The notes: generated by a model not told the origin, from the letters alone. 64,000 nucleotides of DNA from Gekko japonicus (GCF_001447785.1 NW_015172015.1:122185-186184), one strand, 5' to 3'; shown: positions 39,410 to 52,157, counted from the first letter of the stretch. Made by a program: numbers and translations.

Positions 39410-41219
39410 CATGACATTAAACAGTCCAGCCAATTGGAAACAAACTTCACAACCTCAAAACCGTTTAACACATTACAATAAAATTGCAGGTGGTAAGAAT
39501 AAAGAGAGAATAGCTATCATGCCCTTTTTGTGAATTTCCCAAAGTCATCCAAATGGCGACTGCTAAATGCAGAATGGTGACCTAAATGGTTTTTAGTCCA
39601 AGACAATTCTTGTGTTTTTATATATAGGCCATGAACTGTAATTAATCAGCAAAATCTGCACAGCCCCATTTTGTGTGTTTACTTGAAAGTGAGCTTACTT
39701 CTCAGGGCCAAATAACATGTTACACTCAACATTATGAACTGTTTCCTCAATTAAAATAGTCTCTGGAAGCTATACCTTTTAACAGAGGTGGATCTGGAGA
39801 TGTTCTGTCCCTTCCAGCAGTTTTTCTGCTATAAATTAAACCTTTCCCCAAAGTTGCCCCCCCCCGGGGGGGGGGGGGGGGGAGTAATATGGCTCTTCCA
39901 TGCCTGTTTTTAGCTCTCTGTAGCTGCTTTCTGTTTTTTTAGAAAAGTCAAATCATACAGTCTGACCCCAATAAACATGCACTCATCACACAACTGCAAC
40001 CTGCTTAGGATGGCACAGTTTCTTAATCAGCAAATGTTGTGCATCAAAAGCATATTTTTTAATGTTTAAGGTTTTTTAATCTGCAGTGTTACTTTAACAG
40101 GGAGTGGAAAAGAAAATATTAAAATGGATTTTCTTCCAACAGTATCTGTCTGGTATGTTTTATTTATGTTTATTTAAGTATACATTATCTTAGACTTCTT
40201 TCAGTATCTCAAGATGTTACTTGTACTAATTTTAGGTCTTTTAATATGATTAATTAGATGTTAAAAGGTAGACTATCCATCAGTTAGAACTTCCTTAACT
40301 GATGGTACATAGCCTTAGTCCTCATGCACAAGATTTGTTAAATGTTTTAGATATGAGCCATAACAAAAATATACACATGGAGCTCTATAACCAAATCAGT
40401 GTGCCCAGTTCTGATGTAATGCTTCCATCTCTCTCTCTCTGGACCATTTCAACAGCACTCAATTAAAAGCAGACGTGGAAGTGCTATGTCATGTTGCACA
40501 TGTGTGTGTGAAAGTTTTTGAAGTTAAATTATAGGGAATTGTTGCGATTGAAGCAAGCAGACATGAAATGTAATGCCATTGTTTTTGAAGTGGAAAAGTA
40601 CTTATAGGACAAAGTGGCAACTCCAAGCCTAGCAAATGTATTGCTTAAACACAAATGCTCTGCTCCACAAAGATTACAGTCTGAAAACACTGTAAAAAGA
40701 AATGGAGGAATAGAGTTTTATGTGTATGTGCAAAGGGAAATTGGGGCAACCAAGCCCCTACGTGCTCTCTTTTCTAGGGGGCAATCATGAAAGCAGTAAT
40801 GTTGTGTGAAATGAAAATGCACCAGATTCATTCTGCCCTTGTGCCCATTATGGATAGGTGCAATCATTATCTTCCAGAGAAAATATCAGTTCGGCAAATC
40901 TACACTTTCATGAAGAAACTGCTTGAATTAACTGCCTAGTAACAGCTTTCCTTGCAGCATACCACTGAACAGCTCTTCCAAGTAAGATAAGATGACTGGG
41001 AAAGCATACTTTGTCCTTTTTTCCAGGAAAAGAACCCCTGACCTTTGCTCAGGAGCTGATAGTCCTACGTTGTACATTCTCGAGAAGGCTGGCTGCAGCC
41101 GTGACTCCCTTGATCATGGAGGTAGGTGATTTACTTATTTTTCATGTTTAGCTGGGACATTTGCTCTCACACTATATTCATTCTGTGATCACGCACACTG
41201 TGGGTCCAGTGCACATATT

Positions 41220-42249
41220 TCATTTATTCAATTTATACCCCACCCTCCCCGCCAGAGCGGGCTCAGGGTGGCTTACATAAAAATTGAACAGATAAAATAA
41301 CAATTCTAAAACAGTAATAAAAATCCAAGCTATCATAAAGTGCTAGTGGCAACAGCAAAACTGATAATAATGGTATTACTTCGAGATGGCGGAAACAATC
41401 CTGTTAGTATATTCAAATGAGATCTGGTCTACGTTGATCTACTTATGCAGCAGCAGAGGCTGCTGATGGTAGTCCAGGGAATAGGGCCTTATCCCAGTTC
41501 AGTTGTTAGACGCGACTCCTTGACTGAAGGGCTGGTGGAAGAGTTCCATATTGCAGGCTCTGCGGAACTCTAAAAGGTCCCATAGGGCCCTGATGTTTTC
41601 TGGGAGCTCATTCCACCAGTGAGGCGCCACAGAGATGGCCCTGACCTTGGTTGTAGTGAGCCTGGCATCTTTGGGACCCAGGAGGGCCAGTTGATTTTGC
41701 GACCCTGAACTCAGTGCTCTCTGAGGAACATATGGGGAAAGGCAGTCCCTCAGGTATATAGGCCCCTGACCATAAAAGGCTTTAAAGGTAAGAACCAGCA
41801 CCTTGAAGCAAATTCAGTATGCTATCGGCAGCCAGTGCAGTGCTTTCAGCACCAGCTGGATGTGCTCCCGCATGGGGAGGCCCATCAGAAGCCTGGCTGC
41901 AGCATTTTGCACTAGCTGTAGCTTTCAGATTTGGGACGAGGGCAGCCCCATATAGAGAGCATAACAGTAGTCTAATCTCGAGGTGACCATCGCATGGATC
42001 ACTGTTGCCAAGTCACTGCATTTGAGGAAGGGAGCCAACTGCCAAATAAGCCACAGGTGGTAAAAGGCTGATCTGGCAGTTGTTGCTACCTGGGCCTCTA
42101 TTGTTAAGGAGGCATCCAAGAGCACTTCCAAGCTCTTAACCTCCAGCGCTGGCACCAAGGGAGCCCCATCAAAGGTTGGGAGTGGGATCCATAACCCTCG
42201 ACTGCCTCGGCTCAGGCACAGGACCTCCGTCTTCATTGGATTCAATTTC
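41220..42249 (-). mobile_element. L2 LINE 3' part (split by an insertion)
   Basis: TVIHAMVTSRLDYC and LVLTFKA motifs; continues at 44411 across a 16-bp TSD. Confidence 0.85.
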
Positions 42250-44410
42250 TTTTCTTTTTCTTTTTTTTAGCCCCCCGTAGGGGATTTTTTTTAATTTTCA
42301 TTTTTTAAAAACTACAAACTATAAAACTACAATGAAAATCAGGGCGGGGAACTACATACTATAGGCGAAAGTAAAGAAAACCCACTAAAATCCCAAGAGA
42401 TGGTGATCATACAAACTGCTTAACAATTTTAGCATACAACACATAATTCAATTCAATTTCATTGAATGTGGTCATCTAACAATCATTTTATGCTAATAAT
42501 TTGATTTTAAACACCTGACTTCTAAATAAGAGCAATATAAGACTCATAACAATACATTTTAAGAGCATTCAGTGTATGATAACATCTTATTTTGGCTTTC
42601 TCAAACGATAGCTTGTCTTCAGGGCAGCTCCCCCTAATTTAGAGTCTGAATCCTTGTCTGATGTTGCTGCTTCTCCTTCTTCGCTGCCTTTGGTGCTGCC
42701 TTCTTTCTCTGCTTCAACCTCTCCTGATGGATGACTATGTAGACAGAAATTCTCGTGCCTTTTCAACAGAGTCAATTTTTTCTTTCCCATTCATAAATTT
42801 AAAGATTGTTCCTTCGGGTACCAGCCATCTGTAGGGGATTTTTTTCTTTTTTAAGAATGTCACCAAGTATCTGTACTTCCTCCTCTTCTTATTTCAAATG
42901 GAATGTCTTATTACTTTTATTTCTTTGTCTTTGATCTTCAAGGTAGATCCATTTGTCACTTTGAGAATTTGATCTCTCACTTGTTGTCTAGAGAATCTTA
43001 TAATCAATCACTTCCCCAAGCAGATTATTCTTTTTTAAAAAAAATTAAATGCTTTATTTGAATAAACATTTACAATAATATTTGAAACATAAAGCAATAA
43101 CAAGCGATAAGGATCAAATTGCATCAAAATTCATTGTACATCAGAGCAGAATCATTCTAACTTTTAAATATAGACCAATAGACAAAGTAAGATATATTGA
43201 TTATTGTGCTATTTCTGCTGGTGTAGTTATTATGAGTGCTTGAGTAGAGCCTGCATTTTGGCAAGTAGGAGCCCTGTATTTATTACAGTAAGTACCCAAA
43301 AGAAAAGCCAAGAGGAGTAAACAGGATTAGTAGAGAGAAGGTCAGTGTCTGTCATGTTCTTCCTTGTAAATTCTGGATATGATCTATAGATCATATCTAT
43401 TTCGCTTTGTAAAATGTCCGTTTTTATATCTGCCATAGGTCCTAATGCATCACACATAGTCTGTTTCAGATTCTCAGATTTTTTTTCAGGAACCCCTTGA
43501 AATCTTAAGACATAGCTTGCTCTCTCCATTTGTAGCTGTAAAAGTTGAGACTCCTCCATCAATCTCTTTTTTTCCATCACCTGCAGTTGTTTTTGGAGCT
43601 TTTTAGTGTTGGTATCTACTTCTTTTACCTCTTGTTCAGTTTTATCTGTTTTTTTGGCTATTTCAGTCAATTGCAATTGCCATGCCTCAAATTTGCTGTG
43701 CAAAGCTGTTACTTGTTCCAGCAGGGGTCGCAATGCTTCTGTCAGCATCTTTTGTAGCTCCGTAGTCGTGTCCTGTCTAGGGGCAGGACTCGCTGGGCCA
43801 GCAGTTCCGGCAAGAAGCTTTGTTTTAACTTGTTTGTGTTTCTCGTCCTTTCTTGTGGGCGCCATGTTTGAGATTGTTTACAATTTCTCAAAGTTATCAC
43901 AGTCTCTGATTCTCCTGACGCAGCTTAGTAAGTTCTTAACTGCTTTTATTTTCAGTCTCTCTTGCTTCAATGTTCCACCCACCCTTTTTACTTAAACTGC
44001 AAAGTTCGCTTAATTTCTTTTCTTAAGGGGGGAGAGTCCCCCCCCTTACTTTTAAAGGGTGAGTTTCCGCTTAGTTTTTGGTGCTTCTTGCTTAAACTCC
44101 AACTCACATTTCAATGCTGGATCCGCTTTACTTTGCAAATCGCTCAGCCACCAGACGCTTGCTCTGGTGTGCGCTTCTACTTCCCATTCAGGACGCTCCG
44201 TGGCAGGACCTTCGGGACATTGGAAAAGCCCCCCTTCACCGGCAGGATAGCCAGAGGAAGAGCTTTCTTGCGCCCCATGGCTAGGAACCTCCTACAGAGG
44301 TTCCAGGGGTGGCGCAGACACTCGTGCCCCCTCCTTACCGTGGGCTTTGGCAGTCCTCTCCAGAGGATTGGGAGAGGCGACCGCCATGGCGACCACCAAA
44401 ACTGGACGTG
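42250..44410 (-). mobile_element. ORF1-only L1/Tx1-type retroelement (HAL1-like)
   Basis: GC-rich 5' UTR; ORF1 from 43865 (coiled coil, LRFQGVPE RRM-like) ending at 42587; short 3' UTR; A-rich tail; 16-bp TSD CATTGGATTCAATTTC; no ORF2. Confidence 0.75.
43033..43356 (-). mobile_element. Short polyadenylated insert disrupting the ORF1
   Basis: ORF1 homology stops at ...TRKN and resumes at NNLLGEVI; the insert has AATAAA, an A-rich end and a short AAGAA duplication. Confidence 0.55.
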
Positions 44411-45600
44411 CATTGGATTCAATTTCAGTCAGCTGAGTCTAAGCCATCCAGCCATGGCTTATAACGCCCGGTCCAGATCTTCCAGTTTAGAGTTGGACTG
44501 GCCACCCAACAGCAGATAGAGCTGGGAGTCATCAGCATACTGGTGACATCCCAGCCCGTGCCTCTGGGCAAGGGGGCACATATACATGTTAAATAGCATA
44601 AGGGAAAGCACTGCCCCTTGGGGCACTCGACAGATCAGTGGGTGTCTTCAGGATAGCTGTTCCCCTAGTGCCACCCTTTGTCCCTGACCTTGAAGGAAGG
44701 AGGCAAGCCATTGCAAAGCAGACCCCTGGACTCCAGTATCGGCGAGGCGGTGGATCAGTAACAGATGGTTGACCACACTGAACGCTGCCGACAGGTCTAA
44801 CAACAACAGCACTGCTGATCCGCCCCGATCGAGATGCCTCTAAAGGTTGTCTGTGAGGGCGACCAATGCCATCTGTCCTGTAGCCTGGGCAAAAGTCAGA
44901 CTGGAAGGGATCTAATGTGAAAGTGTCATCCAAAAAGCTCTGCAACTGAGTTGCCACAGCCCTCTCAATTATTTTGCCCAAACAGGGCAAATTGGAAACC
45001 GGCCGGTAATTTGCCAATTTGGCCAGATCTAAGGATGGTTTTTTCAAGAGAATGAACCACTGCTTCCTTGAGTGCCCTAGGGAACAGTCCCTCAGAGAGG
45101 GACTTGTTGATGATCTCCCTTAGGGCACCTCGAAACCCATTGCGATCAGCTTTAATTAGCCACGGTGGGCACAGGTCAAGGCTGCATGTGGTAGGGTGTA
45201 CAGTTGAGAGCAATTTGTCAACTTCCTCTAGGCTGAGCAGACTGAAATAATCCATAACCTTAGAAGATGTGCATGGATCCTCGAGTTCACTCACAGTCTC
45301 AATTGTGACAGGGAGGTCACGGCGGAGCAACAAGACTTTATCTGCGAAGTAGCTCACAAAAGCCTCACAGCTAATGTCCAGTTCCCTAACATTTGGTCTG
45401 CCTTGTGGCAGGGCAGTCATAGACCAAATCATTCTAAATAATTGGGCTGGGCGTGAGCTCACAGATGCAATCGTGACTGCACAGTACTCTCCCTTCGCGG
45501 CTTTGACTGCCATCTCATAGGATCTCATTAACGTCCTACAAGCTGTTCTTGTCGCTTTGTCCCGGGTGCACCGCCACTGTCTCTCTAGCCGACTTACACC
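44411..45600 (-). mobile_element. L2 LINE 5' part (split by an insertion)
   Basis: NYRPVSNLPCLGKIIE, DPFQS, YADD-encoding region; homologous to the 12.9-16.1 kb element. Confidence 0.85.
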
Positions 45601-47160
45601 ATAGCCTGAGCCACAGACAGACAAAGAGGCTGTAACCACTCGCTCAGCTCAGTACTTTAGGGATGCTGTGAGCAAGTAAGCAACAACGCTGGTGGGTTTT
45701 TTGCTGGACAGCTCCTATGTGTGGGATTTTCATTCTTCTTGTATTATTCTATTATACATCATTACTACACTGAAGTATGTTCAATAGTACATTTTTCTTT
45801 TGCCATGGAAAAGCAGATGCCACTCCCTTTTCAATATTGCTCAATTCTATTCTTATTACTCATTTTCTGTTACTGATCCAGTATTGGCTATATGCCACAC
45901 TGACCATTTTGTTCCCTCTTCCTGTTCTCTCAGAATCAGACACTTTTCATAATTTTTAATGATTAATACAATCATTGAAAATTCAAGAAAATCTGTCTTC
46001 CACTATCTCAACCTTTCCTACTTCATAGTTGGAAACGTATCTTTGTGAAATGAGAAATGAGAAATTAACATTGCACTCAGAAGTGAACTTTCAGTATGCA
46101 GTTACTGATTTCTACAAGATTCTTATAGCCACTACATCCTCCTAAATCCACTGACTCTAGCAGACTTAGAAGGATATAACTCCCTGCTTGGGACGGTACT
46201 GTTTTGCCCATTTCATTGTCAAACTATCTACTAATTTGACCAAATAACTTTACCTGCTGATTAACCTAGACTGTGCAATTGTTTATTATGAATTTCTGCT
46301 TCATGGCTGAATAGCATATATTGTCTTAATATATGACTTAACAGAAAATGGTTGTACCTCCTATCTTTAAACAGGTAAATATCCAACCATGGGGATGGGG
46401 CAAAGGCTTCATAAACTGCGTAGATGTAATAAAGGACAGAGTTGAACACTGGTTAAAAAAGGACACAATGTGAAAACACAGGGGTGTTTAAAAAGATGTT
46501 TAAGGGATTCTTTAGGAAAAGCCCCATAACACAGGCCTCATCACGTGATTTTACCAAACAATTGGTCAACTGCATTCTGTAGAATTCTGACAGGTTACCA
46601 CCAGGACCCACCCCATCAATAGCAATAGCAGAAATAAAGCTGGCTCTCTATATTGCACAGAGAACAATTACTCTGGTTGCTCGAAAGAAAGACAGAGAGA
46701 AAAGGCTGCAGAAAAGGTCATGGACTGACCTTGAGCAAGAGCAAGGGTGTCAGTGGACATTCACCCATCCCACAGTCCCCTTTTCATATACCCTTAGTCT
46801 GAGCCCCTGCCCCCCCACCCACACCACTGGCTGCTGCATGCTCTGAGCTGCCCGCTGTCGCCACTGCCAACAATAGGGGTAAGTGTATTCCCTGCGCATG
46901 CGCAGGGAACACTCTTTTACTTTTGGGGGGGATTTAAGTATGCCCCCTATAGTTTTTTTACAGTTTTTAGATTTTTCTGCACATCTGGGGATTGCCCCAA
47001 ATGTGCAGGAAAATTTCCCTGCTCCCCAGGTGTGGATTTAGATATCCGCACGTGGGGGGGGGGGTGGCACCTTGGCTATTAGATATATAGATGAGAGGAG
47101 CTGAAACCTTTCTTTTCTTTGATGGCTGTTATTATATTGGAAACGCATTTTGGCCTATAG

Positions 47161-47554
47161 CAGTGGTCCCGAATATGGTGCCTGTGGACCCCTGACACCC
47201 AGACACCTTTCTGGGTGCCAAGTGTTTCAGAAAGTGGGCCGGGACAGATGAGGCTTTTGCCCAGCAGGGGTTCTGAGCGGCCATTGGCGATCTGATTTCA
47301 GTGCGGATATTTAAAAGTTGCTTTGGCAGCAGCCGTCACCACAACACAACTGTCTTTACTGTTTGACTGAAGGTAAACTGTGTATGCAAGAAAAGTATTT
47401 TATACAATATATTTTAAAAGGCATTTAAAAGAACTGCCTGAAATGTTGGAGAATTACTATTAGTTATGCGCGACCTTATACCCTGACAGTGGTTGGCTCC
47501 ACCTCACACAGCAGCCAAAGTTGCCCACGGGTTGAAAAAGGTTGGGGAGCCATG
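47161..47554. mobile_element. hAT/Charlie-like non-autonomous DNA transposon
   Basis: CAGTGGTCCC...GGGGAGCCATG termini; 8-bp TSD GCCTATAG/CCCTATAG. Confidence 0.7.
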
Positions 47555-48229
47555 CCCTATAGAAAAGACAAAACAGAAGTCCAGTGGCACCTTAAAGATT
47601 AACAATATTTATGCCAGCATGCGCTTTCATGAGTCACAGCTCATTTCTTCAGATGCAATGGAAATAAATGTGTGTACATATAGAGAGAATTTTCTTCCTT
47701 TCCATTACATCTGAAGATGTGATCTCTGACTCACAAAAACGTATGCTGGAATAGATGTTGCCAATCTTTAAATGGCTGGTGGTCCTCTGTTTTGTTATGC
47801 TACACTAGACTAACAGTTTATTGAGCTATAAACTATTAAAAACTACTGGACTATTAGCTCAGCTATTAAAGACTCCTTGGATCTTTTTAAGTTTTGTAAA
47901 CTGGTTTGACTCCTGGTTCAGGAGAAAGATGACATATGGATATTTTAGACAAATAGTAAACTGTTCAAAAACTCTTTTTAAAACATTTCTGCAATGACAA
48001 CCAACTTTACATGAATATGAAATACACCAAAAATGATTGCAGTGCTAATAAAGACAACAGATATTTAAAAACACAGGCCACGATCCAACACAGAGTTTGA
48101 TATGCATAACCCCACTGATTTCAGCGGGAGATGCAGGGATTTATAGTTTTGAACACATGATCAGATATAAGTTGAGTTACTCTAACTTCTCAGTCCTCCA
48201 TGCAATTTTATTTTAAGAATTCTACAGTA

Positions 48230-48502
48230 GAAGAAGAGATTGGATTTATACCCCGCCCTTCACTACCCAAGGGAGTCACAGTGCAGCTTACAAACTCCTT
48301 TCCCTTCCCCTCCCCACAACAGACACCCTGTGAGGTAGGTGGGGCTGAGAGAGCTCTGATAGAAAGTGCTCTTCTTCAAGAACACCTCTGACAGAACTAT
48401 GGCTTGCCCAAGGTCATCCAGCAGATGCGAGTAGAGTAGTGGGGAATCAAACCCGGTTCTCCCAGATTAGAGTCCGTGCACTTAACCACTACACCAAACT
48501 GG
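48230..48502 (-). mobile_element. tRNA-derived SINE (Squam3-like)
   Basis: Reverse-complement copy with (GAA)n end. Confidence 0.85.
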
Positions 48503-48875
48503 ATCTTAACCACTACCACCAAACAGTAAGGTGGTATCTGTGATTGGACCAAGCTCTAGTGAATGGGGAATAGCAAAATTATTTGTTTCACAGATGCTCC
48601 GATCAGGAAGAATGGAAAAGTACATTTATTTTATTTAAACATTTATATTCTATCATGCTGCATGGCTTAAGGTGACTTGCAATACATAATTAAAAAGTTA
48701 CAAATGAACCACCAATTTCCCACCATCAATAAATAAAATGCCTGCAACTTACTCTCTATTAAAAACTCTGGTAAATAAAATAGCCTTACAGAGCCTCCTA
48801 AAATGTTCCAAGGACACTGTCCCTGTCCCCCCCCCCCCCAAAGCCCATCCCATAAAGTAGGAGAAACCACAGAAA

Positions 48876-49083
48876 ACCTAGCAGTTCGAAAGCAAGAAAT
48901 TGCAAGTAGATAAATAGGTACCACTTCGGTGGGAAGGTAACAGCATTCCGTGCGCCTTGGTGTTTAGTCATGCCGGCCACATGACCACGGAAATGTCTTC
49001 GGACAGGCTTTGAAACGGAGATGAGCACCGCAACCCTAGAGTCAGATTCGACTGGCTTTCGAGCACGGGAACCTTTACCTTTT
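48876..49083 (+). mobile_element. Sauria SINE 3' part
   Basis: Core TAGTCATGCCGGCCACATGACCACGG and (ACCTTT)2 tail; another partial copy at ~57200-57378. Confidence 0.8.
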
Positions 49084-51461
49084 TAGGTAACCTTTAATGA
49101 CAAAACACCTCAGAGATGCCAAGCTAAAGACTGTAGCTGGCTCATCGGTACTGATGTCCTTTAGATATGAATACATCTCTAAATATAATGACTCTGGCTG
49201 GACACATTGTCCATGAAAATGGCATTGTTTACAGCAGCTACTGGTTAGCATCCATGTTTTTTTAAAAAGTATCACTGTGCTGTGAATGTGGTTTCCTCAA
49301 GCTATACAAATCAGACCTATCTATTGGTCATCTTCAGTAATGAACCTGAAGTCAACCCTAACCTGTACTGTAGACAAGTCACTGAATTTCCGTATGTATG
49401 CAAGAGGAGTCTTATTGTCTAACCCCACCCCCCAAAAAAACCTGCCAATGGCAAGAAATACAACATAGACCAGTCTTAGACTGTAGAATTTATTCTCCAA
49501 AGAGGAATGTCTTACACAGACACAGAATAAAACTAGGAAATACAGCAAGTGTCCTAGAAACTGCCCTACAGTAAAGCTCAACATACTGAGGGTTAGATCC
49601 AACCAGCTTTTCTGCTAGTGAGCAGAGCAGGAGGGGTCCTCTCTGACCACCCAAAACATCTGTGCTGTGGATCACAGGACTTGCATGAACGAAAGCCAGG
49701 TAAGGAAGGGGGATGTAGCAAGGAGGAGCATTGGGTAAGATTAAGTGAAAGTGCTATTTGGATCCAACCCTGTGTTCCCAAGCTGTTTATCACAACCCAA
49801 AAGTGACCTTGCAGTTAGCTTCCGTTAGTGACCTCAGACAACCTGGGTTATGTTCTGAATATCTTTGGTGGTTAATGTACCTTGAAGTCAAAGCTATCGT
49901 GGTCAATGCAACCAGGTCTCTGTCTAGCCTCCTATCCTACTTCTGTTGCACAGGCACTACTCCATCACAGATGACAGCAGCCTTCTACATTCTGGACCCT
50001 TGCATTGCCTCCCCTCCCTGCTACCTCACCCACCAGATGCACTCTTCAGTAGTTGCGTACAGGGAGGTGGGAGAGGCAAGGTCCTGAAATGCAGGATTTC
50101 TCCTTGGGGAGGTGAAAGAAAAAAGTTTCACCATTCAGCCTCTAAACACCTTGAAATAAATTACAGACTGCAACATGAATAGTCTAGAAAGACTGAACCT
50201 GAGAGATTCCACATAAAGCTTCCCAGAGCGACAGTAGCCACACATGCCTAAAGCAGACACATTTTTCTCTCCATACTAATTTATGCAGTAGCCAAATCCC
50301 TCGCCCACAACTTTAATGTCAGTAGCTCACAAGGTAGAATTTTTGCTCACAAGACTCCACAGCTTAGAGGGAACATTGCTCACTGGTTATAGTTAACAGT
50401 TGACCCATTAAATTTGCTCCATCACCACTTGTAACTCACTGCTATTCTATTCATTGTTTTTACTCCCCTGCAAACCAAACTGAATAAGTTCCACAGGTGT
50501 GCTGAACCAGTTATTCAACCCTTATCGGCATGAACTGGAACAATTTAAAAATGGATCACTCCCTAGCCAGCCTTAGAGTGAGAGACTGGAGCTGTACTTC
50601 TGCCAACTCTTGTCATGTAATCTCAGAGGACACCCACTTCTAATACAAGAGCTTCCCCACCTCACCAAGATTCAGAAGGTAGGGAGATGGAGAGGGGCAG
50701 ATGGAGCAACACTGCAAACTCTTCCTGTACTGTTGTGAGAAGCATAGTAGGCACTGTGCAGCTGGATTCCAGATATTAAATGATGAAGTGAGGCATAGCA
50801 AAGGTGTGTAGCGAACAATAAAGATTATAAACAAGGCTCCAGAATGACATACGTACTGGCCAGCAGCCCTGCTGTGATGAGAATGAGATAGGCCACAGGC
50901 AACAAGCATCAACCAGCCCTTCCCGGTCTCAGCTCGGGTTCCAGTCTGATTCCTTAAATTAAGAATACTAGTTTTTGCCCACCAGCCTAACAGAGCATGG
51001 TGCAAAAGATAAGAGTATCAGTTTGGGGCCAGGAGATCTAGATTTAAGTCCCTGTTTAGCCATGAAGTTTCTGAGGTGACCTGCCCAGCAATTGCTTCTT
51101 TACCTTACCTCACATGTTTGTTGTGAAAACAAACGGGAGACAGGAAGAGGCCTAACCCACATGCATTGCTCCTGAGGTCCCTGGAGAAAGGGCAGCATAA
51201 AAAAGCAGAACAACTCTACAATAACTACTACAACGGGAAGCACATGGCCACCCCACCCACCCCCGTCGGAAGTGTTGGCAATGTTGCCTCCCCTCACCTG
51301 CAGAAATGCTGGTCCCTACTAGCCTCTGATAATCTCACTTGGAAGCTAAAACCACTTTTCTGCAACCCTGAATCCAGGACAGGGCCTCCCGGAAATGTCT
51401 AGAACTACAGATTCCCTAGAAAGACAAAAGAAAGCATGGCCATGGGAGGCCCAGAGTCTTC

Positions 51462-51606
51462 TCAGAACTTCTTGTTGCCAGGATTGTTTTTGTTGAACAG
51501 GCTGACTTTGTTGGCAGCAGAAGACTCTAGCTTCACTTTATCCATTAAAGTCTTCTTGATGGCAGCTGGGGAGACAGTCTCCTGGTCAGCCATGTACTGC
51601 AGTTCC
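51462..51606 (-). CDS. PYCR1: PYCR1 last coding exon
   Basis: [26 protein letters not shown]...NKKF*; TGA at 51462-51464; summed CDS 942 nt = 313 aa. Confidence 0.94.
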
Positions 51607-51609
51607 CTA

Positions 51610-51870
<261 letters not shown>

Positions 51871-51943
51871 TTAAAAAAAAGCTCATGGGAAACTGCAACA
51901 ACAGCTGTACCCTGTCTCTTCAATGTTTTTTAACTGGTTAAGA

Positions 51944-52157
51944 CCAAGAGTCCTGTAGCACCTTAAAGACGAACAACATTTGTGGCAGGGTATGAGCTTT
52001 CGTGAGTCACTGCTCACTTCCTCAGATACCTAAAGAAGGGAGGAGTGACTCACGAAAGCTCATCCCCTGCCTCAAATTTTGTTCGCCTTTAAGGTGCTAC
52101 AGGACTCTTGCTCTTTTCTACTGCTACAGACAGACCAACACGGCTACCCATCTTGAC
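51944..52157. mobile_element. Penelope-like inverted terminal fragments forming a long hairpin
   Basis: CAAGAGTCCTGTAGCACCTTAAAG...CTTTAAGGTGCTACAGGACTCTTG inverted arms; older relatives at ~47565-47815 and ~60910-61035. Confidence 0.7.
51989..52030 (-). ncRNA. Putative minimal type I hammerhead ribozyme motif
   Basis: GGUAU-CUGAGGA-A-GUGAG(CAGUGA)CUCAC-GAAA-GC-UC-AUACC: stems I and II and the conserved core are present, stem III is minimal. Confidence 0.6.

Noticed and set aside
39857-39882. C9-G17 homopolymer palindrome
   Set aside because: Simple repeat of unreliable length, possibly an assembly artifact
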